Shown: positions 1-8,851 of the stretch, piece after piece
How positions within the stretch are numbered: the stretch's first letter is position 1
How the letters are laid out: each line of letters opens with the position of its first letter
DNA from: Chthoniobacterales bacterium
GTDB lineage: Bacteria > Verrucomicrobiota > Verrucomicrobiia > Chthoniobacterales > Chthoniobacteraceae
Reading direction: 5' to 3'
Assembly (NCBI GenBank): GCA_038207335.1
Contig: JBBQZX010000001.1
Span: forward strand, 1-64,000
DNA length: 64,000 nucleotides
Translations under genes and position numbers: made by a program
The notes under the pieces: model-generated
Database searches by the model: none
Told to the model about the DNA's origin: nothing
The model's input: only the letters and a program-made list of their open reading frames with translations

Positions 1-2
1 CC

Positions 3-473
3 ATGAACGGAACCACAGAATTCCTTGCGAAGTCTCTCGTAGCAGCCGGCGTTTTCCTGGCTATTCCCGCCGCGCTTGCAGTTCTTCTTGCCCTTCTCGC
101 CGTCGGTATTTCACTGCCACACACCCGCCCGAACGAGGCACCGTGGTCACTCGGTGTCGTCACATTTTGCTCGTCTGGCTTCTTCCTCCTCATCCGCACG
201 ATCCGATTTGTGCGCGCGTCCGACGTTGGTTCGTCTCCTTCATGGCTTTGGCCGGTCGTCACTGTTTATCTACTCACTATCATTGCTCTTGGTGGTTGTT
301 GGTTACTCCATACTTACTCACTGTCGCGCGTCGGCGAGTGGCGCGGGTGGGGCGGCGATGAGATCGAGTCGGAGCTTCGGCTTGTTCCTGCCTTCGGGCT
401 TCTACTTCCAGTCTGGGCAGTTACACTGTCAGTTATACTTTGGAGCCGTCATGCATTCAACCGCAACGCCTAA
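3..473 (+). CDS. Integron cassette gene; hypothetical multi-TM membrane protein (156 aa)
   Basis: About four hydrophobic segments. The TAA stop lies inside the attC inverse core (GCC-TAA-C), which is the classic cassette layout. Confidence 0.75.
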   Translation: MNGTTEFLAKSLVAAGVFLAIPAALAVLLALLAVGISLPHTRPNEAPWSLGVVTFCSSGFFLLIRTIRFVRASDVGSSPSWLWPVVTVYLLTIIALGGCWLLHTYSLSRVGEWRGWGGDEIESELRLVPAFGLLLPVWAVTLSVILWSRHAFNRNA

Positions 474-591
474 CCATGCGCTGCAGCGAACTGCTCCGGG
501 CGTCACGGGAGCTGCTTCCGCCACCGCCTTTCCGCCCACCATACAGCTCCCGCGCCGCCCTCCGCAGTCGCTGAGCTTGGGGTCGTTAGGC
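468..591 (+). mobile_element. attC: attC recombination site 1 (124 bp)
   Basis: R'' GCCTAAC (468-474) and R' GTTAGGC (585-591) are exact complements. The L boxes GCT[G]CAGCGA[A]C / GTCGCTGAGC pair with two extrahelical bases. Inner stem GGGAGCTG/CAGCTCCC. Confidence 0.92.
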
Positions 592-652
592 GCTGCTACG
601 CTTTCTCTCGAATGAAACGCCCTTTCCTCTCCACCTCGCAAACATTCAGCCC

Positions 653-1378
653 ATGAACACACACCTCCTTCCCATCCTGATCGCTGTCCTCGTGATCAAC
701 GCGAGCCAGGCGGCTGCCGCCCCAGTGGGCAGCGGAGACATCGGCACTGTCTCCGCCGTCGATAACTCTGGAACGATCAGCTTTGTGCCATGGGGCAAGA
801 CCGATGCGGACATGGGAAAGGTGGCCACCAAGGCGGAGACGGCGGTGTCTGTAGCGGCAGCCGCAGCCAAAGTCACGGATGTGAAGGCGGGGATGTGGAT
901 CAAGATTGACGAAATCGGGGGCGGCGGTGAGGCGAAGCGCGTGAGCGCAGGTCAATTCCTCGCCGAGGACGGCGACAAGCTGGTCATCTTTAAGGCCCTG
1001 CCGGGGGAGTTTTTGCAGCGGGAGGTCAAAGACTGGTACACCAACGAAGCCGGGGGGATAAGATTCAAAGTGCAACTGATGCGGAGCAGCGGTGACCCGA
1101 AAATTCCCGGCGCCAATCTCCGCCCCGCCAGCTACAAGGAACCGGCGGGGGGCTTTGTCTTCTATCTGCCATTCACTCTAAAGGGAGCCGTGCTGAACTA
1201 TGGCGGACCCAAGCCCGGCATGACTGTGCCTGACGCCGATGGAAAGATCGTGATCAACAAAGACACGGTCACCGAGACTTACTGGCAACATCCCAGGAAC
1301 CCGAACAAGCCCGACCTCGGCTCAGTGTCCGGACTGACCGAGCTGACCATTCGCAAGCTGCCCAAGGCGATGCCATGA
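653..1378 (+). CDS. Integron cassette gene; secreted hypothetical protein (241 aa)
   Basis: N-terminal signal peptide (MNTHLLPILIAVLVINASQAAA). Lies between the two attC sites. No family recognised. Confidence 0.8.
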   Translation: MNTHLLPILIAVLVINASQAAAAPVGSGDIGTVSAVDNSGTISFVPWGKTDADMGKVATKAETAVSVAAAAAKVTDVKAGMWIKIDEIGGGGEAKRVSAGQFLAEDGDKLVIFKALPGEFLQREVKDWYTNEAGGIRFKVQLMRSSGDPKIPGANLRPASYKEPAGGFVFYLPFTLKGAVLNYGGPKPGMTVPDADGKIVINKDTVTETYWQHPRNPNKPDLGSVSGLTELTIRKLPKAMP

Positions 1379-1450
1379 TTTCATACCAAGTTTCATCGAT
1401 GAGGATGAAAGAATTCTCAAAGTCGGAGACTTTTCCAAAATGACCGCAAC

Positions 1451-1574
1451 GCCTAACCATGCGCTGCAGCGAACTGCTCCGGGCGTCACGGGAGCTGCTT
1501 CCACCGCCGCCTTACCACCCGCCATGCAGCTCCCGCGCCGCCCTCCGCAGTCGCTGAGCTTGGGGTCGTTAGGC
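1451..1574 (+). mobile_element. attC: attC recombination site 2 (124 bp)
   Basis: GCCTAAC (1451-1457) to GTTAGGC (1568-1574). Differs from attC 1 at 6 positions, all in or at the edge of the central loop. Confidence 0.92.
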
Positions 1575-1752
1575 GCTTCTACGCGCATCCTGTGATGAAG
1601 CAATTTTTCAGACATTTTTTACAGCCACCGCCCTTGTGTGCTGTCCTCAGATTTTCCGGCAACGCCGTGGCGATGGGCGAGAAGTGCCCTGGAGCGAAGC
1701 GGTCCCTGTGATCGCAAAGACCCGCGTGCAGGCGTAAAAGCTGAACTTCACC

Positions 1753-2991
1753 ATGAAACCGCCCCTCCTCATTTTCGCGCGTACCACCCTGGTCGCTTTG
1801 GCTTGTGTGTCGTCGGTGGACCACGCGCCCGCGGCGTCCGCCGCCCCTGTGTCGAACTCCGACGAGAGCAAAATCGTACCCTACACGCTGCCGGACATTT
1901 TCACCCTAGCCGATGGTGGAAAGGTGACCACGCCCGCGGTCTGGGAGAGCCAGCGTCGCGGCGAACTGCTCGAGATTTTCCGCCGCGAGGTCTATGGCAT
2001 CGCGCCGCCGAAGCCGGAGACGCTGGCGTTTCGCGTCGTGGACTCCGACCCGCGGGCGATGGAGGGAAAGGCGACGCGCAAGCAAGTGGCGATCAGCTTT
2101 CAGCTCGGCGGCGAGACGTTCACCTTTCACGTCATCCTCTTCGTGCCGAACGCGCGCACCGCACCCGCGCCGGTCTTTCTGCTGCTCAATCACCGCCCGA
2201 TCACCAACACCGATCCGACCCGCGAGACGCGCTCGGATTTCTGGCCCGCCGAGGAGGTGATCGCGCGCGGCTACGCGATCGCGGCGATCAACGTCGCCGC
2301 CGAAGTCGAGCCCGACAAACGCGACGCGACCACTGGCATCCGCGCCTTCTACCGCCAGCATTTTGCGAAGCCCGACGAACTCACGTGGGGGGCACTCGCC
2401 GCGTGGGCGTGGGCGGGTTCGCGGGCGCTCGATTACTTTGAAACCGACGCCGACGTGAACGCCGCGCAGGTCGCTGTGATCGGGCACTCGCGCACCGGCA
2501 AGACCGCACTGTGGGCGGCGGCGGCGGACACGCGATTTGCGCTGGCCTGCGTAAATGGCGCGGGCGAGGCCGGCCCCGCGCTCGCTCGCCGCAACTTCGG
2601 CGAAACGATCGCGCAGATCACGACCAGCTTTCCGTATTGGTTCGCGCCGAAATACGCGACCTACGCGGGCAAGCCGGAGACGCTCCCGATCGACCAGCAC
2701 GAACTCATCGCGCTCGTCGCGCCGCGCGGCTACCACGGCGGCGACGGCACGCGCGACACCTGGGCCGACCCGCGCGGCTCGTGGCTCTCGCTGGTCGAGG
2801 CGTCGCAGGTCTGGGCGATGTTTGGCAAAGCGGCCGCGTGGCAGGGCGAGCCGCCGCTGGCAAACGAACTGCGAACCGACGGCCCGCTCGCCTACCACAT
2901 CCACGAAGGCGTCCACGACCTCACCACGCTCGACTGGAAACTCTACCTCGACCACGCCGACCAGCTCTTTCACCGCCCACCGGCAAGGTAA
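1753..2991 (+). CDS. Secreted CE15-like glucuronoyl esterase (alpha/beta hydrolase)
   Basis: Signal peptide, the CE15 nucleophile motif GHSRTGK, and WGALAAWAW, DQHELIALVAPR and WADPRG segments. Confidence 0.85.
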   Translation: MKPPLLIFARTTLVALACVSSVDHAPAASAAPVSNSDESKIVPYTLPDIFTLADGGKVTTPAVWESQRRGELLEIFRREVYGIAPPKPETLAFRVVDSDPRAMEGKATRKQVAISFQLGGETFTFHVILFVPNARTAPAPVFLLLNHRPITNTDPTRETRSDFWPAEEVIARGYAIAAINVAAEVEPDKRDATTGIRAFYRQHFAKPDELTWGALAAWAWAGSRALDYFETDADVNAAQVAVIGHSRTGKTALWAAAADTRFALACVNGAGEAGPALARRNFGETIAQITTSFPYWFAPKYATYAGKPETLPIDQHELIALVAPRGYHGGDGTRDTWADPRGSWLSLVEASQVWAMFGKAAAWQGEPPLANELRTDGPLAYHIHEGVHDLTTLDWKLYLDHADQLFHRPPAR

Positions 2992-3151
2992 GTCGCAGCC
3001 TTGATCCCAGCACCATCGACATCCCGCGTGAGCACGCGGCCCCAGCCGCCCCGGCGCCAGCGTCCGGTCATCGGTGGGTTCCCCGGCTACCCGCTCGCCC
3101 AGCCATACGAGGCTCAAAACCGGGCGTCTAGCTACAAACCACGTTGCCCCC

Positions 3152-3180
3152 TTGACGCCTTCCCTCCCGGCTCTGAAGAT
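3152..3180 (+). promoter_or_regulatory. Possible sigma70 promoter for a leaderless PEP-CTERM transcript
   Basis: TTGACG-N17-GAAGAT, ending 7 nt before the ATG at 3188. The -10 match is weak. Confidence 0.3.
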
Positions 3181-3187
3181 AGGCGCC

Positions 3188-4111
3188 ATGCCGACCTTCC
3201 GAACCCCCAGCCGAATTTCCTCCGCCTTCTGCCCCTCTCTCCTCTGCACCGCCCTGTTGGGGATGGCGTTGACTCATTCCACCGCCATCGCCGGGACCGT
3301 CGGCTACTGGTCGTTTGACGACGGCACCTCAGGCACCGCGACGCTGCTGATGAGCGATGTCAACAGCCCGGCGCTGGACGGCACCGCTGGCGGCAACGCC
3401 GGGGGCACCGCACCGGTCTTCTCCAGCGTCCTCCCCGGCGCCTCCACCACCTCGGGAATCAGCGGCACGGTGACCAACGCCTCGAATCTCAGCTCGCTCT
3501 ACTTCACGAACACCGGCTTCCCGGGCAGCAATAGCAGCAACAGCGGCGGCGTGGTCAGCATCAGCGAAACCGCGGGGAATCTCGACCTTGCCAATTTCAC
3601 CATCGAGGGCTTCATCCGCTACGAAGACTTCGCGCTCTTCTCCTCCACCTTCACCAAGAACCGCGTCGATGGCGGCGGCTCCACCTGGATGCTCGATAGC
3701 GATGGCGGCGGCCACATTCGCGCGCGGTTCGACTCGCAGGCGCTCGGCACTGGCAGCGGATCCCCGGGATTTAATCAGGGCTTCACCACGAGTGCCACCA
3801 TCGCCGACGGCGCCTGGCATCACATCGCCCTCACTTACGATGGTGCCACGCGCGCGGCCGTCATCTATGTGGACTACATGAGTGTGGGCGGCGGCACCGT
3901 CACCAATCCTCTCGTCTATGATGCGAGCCCGCTGCGCTTCGGCGGCTCGGGTGGCGGACGCGCCTTCGATGGCTACATGGATGAAGTGCGCCTCTCCGAT
4001 ACCGTCCTCACCCCGGCCAGCTTCCTCCGCGCAGTGCCGGAGCCGGGCAGCGCAGCGCTGCTGGCGCTCGGCCTCGCAGGAATCGCCAGCGGTCGCCGTC
4101 GGCGTTCCTAG
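3188..4111 (+). CDS. PEP-CTERM protein with a LamG/ConA-like jelly-roll domain
   Basis: C-terminus VPEPGSAALLALGLAGIASGRRRRS. LamG motifs DGAWHHIALTYD and FDGYMDEVRLSD. Start placed at ATG 3188, before the signal peptide. Confidence 0.9.
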   Translation: MPTFRTPSRISSAFCPSLLCTALLGMALTHSTAIAGTVGYWSFDDGTSGTATLLMSDVNSPALDGTAGGNAGGTAPVFSSVLPGASTTSGISGTVTNASNLSSLYFTNTGFPGSNSSNSGGVVSISETAGNLDLANFTIEGFIRYEDFALFSSTFTKNRVDGGGSTWMLDSDGGGHIRARFDSQALGTGSGSPGFNQGFTTSATIADGAWHHIALTYDGATRAAVIYVDYMSVGGGTVTNPLVYDASPLRFGGSGGGRAFDGYMDEVRLSDTVLTPASFLRAVPEPGSAALLALGLAGIASGRRRRS

Positions 4112-4245
4112 CCGCCGTCGCTGACGCCGCCCTCCCCGGACCGCCTCCACGGGTCACCTCACGTCGCCCGCCCGCGGGGAGGAAGCTGGTCAGGGACTGG
4201 CCAGCCGCCGCCCGGGACGACGATTTCTGCGTCCGCGCGCTTTGA

Positions 4246-5775
4246 CTACTGCACCGCCGGATTGTCGGTGCGGAAGGGGGACGCGGGGAGGCCGGCGCCG
4301 TTGACGAGATTCACCTCGGGGTTGTCCGCCCAGCCGTAGCGGACGGCGACGGGCTTGGCGACTTCGGGGCTTGAGACGACGATGTGGTCGCCTTGGATTT
4401 CGGCATCGGCCCAGACGAATTTCTTGTCCTCACCGGCGATGGAGAAGCCTTTGAGCTTCGTCCCTTCCACCGGCTTCATGCCGACGGCGTTGCGGAAGCT
4501 GAGGCGGATTTTCCCCTCCTCGACCTGAAAGCCGCTGAGGATCGGGCCGGAGTATTCGGTTTCTTTATAATAGACGGTGGCCTCTGCCGCGAGGGCGAGG
4601 CGGCGTCCGACTTCCTGCTTGTTTTTCGGGTGGATGTCGCCGCCATCGCCGACGTCGATGGCGACGGCCATGCCGGTGTGCGGGAGCTCGAGGGTCATGA
4701 GTTGCGCCTCGCGCAGCTCGGCCCACTGGCTCTCGGCGGGCTGGTCTTTGCGCGGCATGTAATTCGCGAGCTGGACGAATAGGAACGGGAACTCCGCATT
4801 CCACGCGTGCCGCCAGCTCATGATCATGGTGGGGAAGAGGAGCTGGTATTCTTTTGCGCGGCCTGCGTTCGACTCGCCCTGATACCAAGTCGTGCCCTGG
4901 ATCGTGTAAGGCACGATCGGCGCGATCATGCCATTGTAGAGCGAGCCCGGTGCGCCGATGGCGTCGCCGCCGCGCGGGGCGTTCGGCTGCCGCGGCGGTT
5001 TCGTGCCGTCGGCCTTGGCTTTTTCAGCGGCGACTTTCCAGTCGGCGAGCGCTTTGTCGTAGGCTTCCTTGGCCTTCGGATAGTTCGCCTTCGCCTGCTC
5101 CCACTGGTCGAGGATCGGCTTGAAGACAGGGCTGGAGGCCAGCACCTCCGCCGGCGTCCAGTATTCCGCGGGCGTCCCGCCCCACGATGTGTGGATCAGG
5201 CCGACCGGCACTTTCAAATCCTCGTGCAGCTTTTTCCCGAAGAAGAATCCGACTGCCGTGAAGTGCGGTGTGTTCTCCGGCGTGGTCACTTCCCACTTGC
5301 CGACGACGTCCTCCTGCGGCTCGAGCTTCGAGGCTTTTTGCACGGTAAAGACGCGGATGTTCGGGAAGTTCGCAGCCGCGATTTCCTGCGCGGCATTCAT
5401 CGTGCCGTTCATCGTGAACTCCATGTTCGACTGCCCCGAGCAGACCCACACTTCGCCGACGATCGCGTTCTTGATCGTGAGGCTGTTCTTCCCCGCGATG
5501 GTGATGTCGCCCGCCTCGCCGGATTTCAGGCTCTCGAAATTCACGTTCCATTTCCCCTGCGCATCGGCAGTCGCCTCGGCGGTTTTGCCGTCGAATTTGA
5601 CGGTCACTTTTTCACTCGGATCGGCCCAGCCCCAGATGCTCGCCTTTGCCTCCGCCTGGAGCACCATGTTGTCGCTGATGATCGCGGGCAGCTTCACATC
5701 GGCCCATGTGACGGAGGTGAAAAGTGCGGACGCGGCGAGGAGCGGGACGAATCGGGAGGCTAGGGGTTTTTTCAT
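4246..5775 (-). CDS. Sialate O-acetylesterase family (SASA/SGNH) secreted esterase
   Basis: GEVWVCSGQSNM, WYQGESN and DIHP catalytic motifs, C-terminal GLPASPFRTD, signal peptide. Confidence 0.92.
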   Translation of the reverse strand: MKKPLASRFVPLLAASALFTSVTWADVKLPAIISDNMVLQAEAKASIWGWADPSEKVTVKFDGKTAEATADAQGKWNVNFESLKSGEAGDITIAGKNSLTIKNAIVGEVWVCSGQSNMEFTMNGTMNAAQEIAAANFPNIRVFTVQKASKLEPQEDVVGKWEVTTPENTPHFTAVGFFFGKKLHEDLKVPVGLIHTSWGGTPAEYWTPAEVLASSPVFKPILDQWEQAKANYPKAKEAYDKALADWKVAAEKAKADGTKPPRQPNAPRGGDAIGAPGSLYNGMIAPIVPYTIQGTTWYQGESNAGRAKEYQLLFPTMIMSWRHAWNAEFPFLFVQLANYMPRKDQPAESQWAELREAQLMTLELPHTGMAVAIDVGDGGDIHPKNKQEVGRRLALAAEATVYYKETEYSGPILSGFQVEEGKIRLSFRNAVGMKPVEGTKLKGFSIAGEDKKFVWADAEIQGDHIVVSSPEVAKPVAVRYGWADNPEVNLVNGAGLPASPFRTDNPAVQ

Positions 5776-5893
5776 AAATGTGGGCGGCGATCCTGAAGCA
5801 GGACGCCGCTCCGTCGCGAGCGAATTTCCACGAGATTACATTACCGTCAGTCCCTCGTCTTTCCGCGGAAGTCCGGTAGCGTGAGCGTCTCCC

Positions 5894-8836
5894 ATGAGAC
5901 CGCTCCTCCTAGTCCTGTCCTGCCTCGCAGTTTCCGCGAACGCGGCGATCACCATCTCGAACGTCGTCGATAAAACGAAATACGACGCGCCGCGCAGCTA
6001 CACGGTCACCGCCGACCCGAACGCCGCAACGACGACCGCCACGCTCGACGGCATCGCCTCCGTGGTGGGCGCCGCGGTGAGTGTCACGGCGATCGGGTAT
6101 CACGAGCTTCGGGCGGAAAGTCGCACGGCGGGCGGCACGCTGGTCGATACGAAATTCGTGCGCTTCATCACCCGCGATCCGTCCCGTGGCGATACGGAAT
6201 CCGGCATCCCGGTCTTCACGCCTTTTCGCACCGTGAATGACGCCCCGTCGGCATTTGCCGGGAAGAACCTGCGAGTCATCGCGCCCGCCGCATGGCCCGT
6301 GGGTCTCCCGATCCCGGTGGCCGTCGTCCTGCGGGATGGCGCGGACGAAAATGTGCGGCTCAACGGCTCCGTGACCTTTGGAGGCTTCCCATTTTCATCC
6401 CTCCAGATGCGGCGCGGCTGGGGCTCGATGCTCGCGCCTGCTGCCAAGGCTGCGGGTGTGCTCAGCGTGGACGCCCGCCTGAATGGCCTCGCGGACAATC
6501 CCGCGATCACGATCCAGTCGGCGCCCGCCTTCACCGCGGTGAGCGGCTCGATCGCTGCAAATACGACTTGGCCCGCGAATTCCCGCGTCCACGTTACCGG
6601 CACATTGACGATCGAAGCGGGTGCGACTCTCACGGTCGGCGCGGGCACCATCGTTACTGTCTCGACCGGAGACGGCACCGCGACGAGCGCCGCGGAAATC
6701 GTCGTACGCGGGACGCTGCAGGTGAATGGAAGCCGGACGAGCCCCGTGGTTTTTGCGCCGGACACCGCCGGTCAATCGTGGGGTGGGATCGAGCTGCCGG
6801 TCGCGACATCGGTCGTGAGTGCGAGCAACTCGATCTTCTATGGATCGGGCGAAGATGCGACGTGGTTCAGCACACACAGCGGCTATGCTTCCCATCGACC
6901 GGAGCAGACGCTCTTTCTCGTGGCGGGAAGTGGCTCCGGCACGGCAGTCGGCGCACAGCTTCATCTCACGGAGTGCTATTGCTTCAGCCTCACCGGCCAA
7001 GGGATGAACGGTAAGACAAACACGTGGGTGGACATCCAGCGCTCACTCATGCAGCGGGCCATTACCTGCGGAGAACTCAACGGCTGCAAAGTAACCATCG
7101 ACCGCTCAGCCTTGATCGAATTTCCCAGCGAGACAGCCGAGTTCGTGGATGCCGACAACGATGCTCTCTACATGACCGGCGGCGATGAAAGCATCACCAA
7201 CACAGTCATAGGATTTACGAAGGACGACGGGATCGATACCGGCGGCAACGGTGGCGACAATCCTTTCACGAGCGGGACCGACGTCACGCCGTTCCTCTCT
7301 CTCAACAACTGGTATGAGGGCGCAGTTCACGAGGGCAACTCCCTCTCCGGCACGCGGAATGTCACCTTCACCGGATGCGTCTTCCTCAATTGCGGACAAG
7401 GCGTCGAAGCCGGCTACAGCGCCAGCGCCACCGGTGATGGGCCAAACGCGATCGTCGATGGGTGCCTTTTTGTAAATAACATGGTCGGCGTGCGCTGGGG
7501 CGACAACTACGGCTCGGGCTACAACTACAATCCGAGCATGGAAGTGAAGAACTCACTCGTGCTCAACAGCTTCTACCACGACGCCTTCAGCGGCCAATGG
7601 CACCCGACTCAGGCTAACGCGTGGATCTATCAGGATGCGACTTCGACCAACACCTTTGGCAAGCCTTACTTCGATGTTCATAATAACTACATGTCCCAGT
7701 CCGACGCGGTCCACCATCCCGCAAACGTGCAGTGGAATCCTGCGAATCCGTCCCACGCGTTCTTGCTTGCGTCCTTCATGCCGGTGCCGGGATCGAAGGT
7801 CGGTGTGGCGGTCAGCTCTTACTCCCCGGCCCAGAATGACATCGCGACCTATCCCGGTGAGTTCACTGTCAGGTTGAGCACCTATAGTTCGCTCCCGGTT
7901 TCGGTCGCGTGGACTGTGGTTGGAAAGAGCGAACCTTTCGCCGACTCGGAGACTTCCCTGGCTAGTGGAACGGTCCAGTTTTCTCCAGGAGAGACGGTGA
8001 AGACGATTTCCGCTCCAGTGGCGAACCCTAGCGGTTTCGGAGTGATCCGCGTCGTGCTTTCCGCTCCTCAAAACGCGGAGGTTACTGGCGAAATCACCTA
8101 TTTCCGATTGCCACCGACCGAGGTAGTTGCGCGCGCGGGCACCGGTTGGCGCTTTCGGCAGACACCCAGCGAACCACCTTCGACATGGAAACAACTAGGC
8201 TTCGACGATTCCAGCGCAAGTGCGACCGAATGGCTTCCCGCGACGCTACCCGCGGGATTCGGAACTTTCAGCGGCGTGACATTTGGCACTACGGTGGCCT
8301 CGGGACCGACGGGAGATCGCACGAGAGTCTTCTACTTCCGCCGCAAATTCACGGTGCCGAGCCAGTCTCCCATCAAGACGCTCACCTTTCGCGTGCGGCG
8401 TGATGATGGAGTCATCGCGTGGCTGAACAACGGCCCGACACCTATCGCCAACTCCGCGGACGGCGGCGTGATACCTACGCCCGCGACCTATGCCACCCTC
8501 TCTCCAAATGCGACCGATACGACGACCTACTTCACCTTCGATGTGCCGATATCAAATCTGGTATCCGGTCAAAACATCCTGGCAGTCGAGGTTCATCAGA
8601 CATCGGTCACATCCAGCGATCTCTTGATGGATTGCGAGTTGATCGCGAGCTTCGAGTCGCCGTTTGCACTCGGGCTCGGGAAGGCTGCGGGAGAAGGCTT
8701 CCTCTATTGGTCCGACCCCGATGCGACGCTGGAGGAAACGGTCGACTTCACCGCGTGGGCACCGCTGCCCGGCGCCGCCAGTCCATTCCCGATCACCGTT
8801 TCTGGGCTTCAGAAGTTCTACCGTCTCCGAAAGTAG
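5894..8836 (+). CDS. Large secreted/surface protein (beta-helix, Calx-beta-like and galactose-binding-like domains, C-terminal FYRL)
   Basis: Signal peptide, parallel beta-helix-like repeats (DNDALY, DDGID), GTVQFSPGETVKTI, a DDGVIAWLN...NILAVEVHQ...SSDL module, ends KFYRLRK. Confidence 0.75.
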   Translation: MRPLLLVLSCLAVSANAAITISNVVDKTKYDAPRSYTVTADPNAATTTATLDGIASVVGAAVSVTAIGYHELRAESRTAGGTLVDTKFVRFITRDPSRGDTESGIPVFTPFRTVNDAPSAFAGKNLRVIAPAAWPVGLPIPVAVVLRDGADENVRLNGSVTFGGFPFSSLQMRRGWGSMLAPAAKAAGVLSVDARLNGLADNPAITIQSAPAFTAVSGSIAANTTWPANSRVHVTGTLTIEAGATLTVGAGTIVTVSTGDGTATSAAEIVVRGTLQVNGSRTSPVVFAPDTAGQSWGGIELPVATSVVSASNSIFYGSGEDATWFSTHSGYASHRPEQTLFLVAGSGSGTAVGAQLHLTECYCFSLTGQGMNGKTNTWVDIQRSLMQRAITCGELNGCKVTIDRSALIEFPSETAEFVDADNDALYMTGGDESITNTVIGFTKDDGIDTGGNGGDNPFTSGTDVTPFLSLNNWYEGAVHEGNSLSGTRNVTFTGCVFLNCGQGVEAGYSASATGDGPNAIVDGCLFVNNMVGVRWGDNYGSGYNYNPSMEVKNSLVLNSFYHDAFSGQWHPTQANAWIYQDATSTNTFGKPYFDVHNNYMSQSDAVHHPANVQWNPANPSHAFLLASFMPVPGSKVGVAVSSYSPAQNDIATYPGEFTVRLSTYSSLPVSVAWTVVGKSEPFADSETSLASGTVQFSPGETVKTISAPVANPSGFGVIRVVLSAPQNAEVTGEITYFRLPPTEVVARAGTGWRFRQTPSEPPSTWKQLGFDDSSASATEWLPATLPAGFGTFSGVTFGTTVASGPTGDRTRVFYFRRKFTVPSQSPIKTLTFRVRRDDGVIAWLNNGPTPIANSADGGVIPTPATYATLSPNATDTTTYFTFDVPISNLVSGQNILAVEVHQTSVTSSDLLMDCELIASFESPFALGLGKAAGEGFLYWSDPDATLEETVDFTAWAPLPGAASPFPITVSGLQKFYRLRK

Positions 8837-8851
8837 AGAGTGCCCAGGTAG

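Noticed and set aside
76..615. 179-aa ORF and the antisense ORFs 429-662 and 1322-1615 as real proteins
   Set aside because: They overlap the cassette gene and owe their shared text to the attC sequence. Only the short attC read-through portion is discussed, and not as a functional protein.
468..1574. The two 124-bp direct repeats as a CRISPR array or IS ends
   Set aside because: They are too long, there are only two copies, a whole gene lies between them, and there is no cas or transposase gene. The R/L box structure fits attC.
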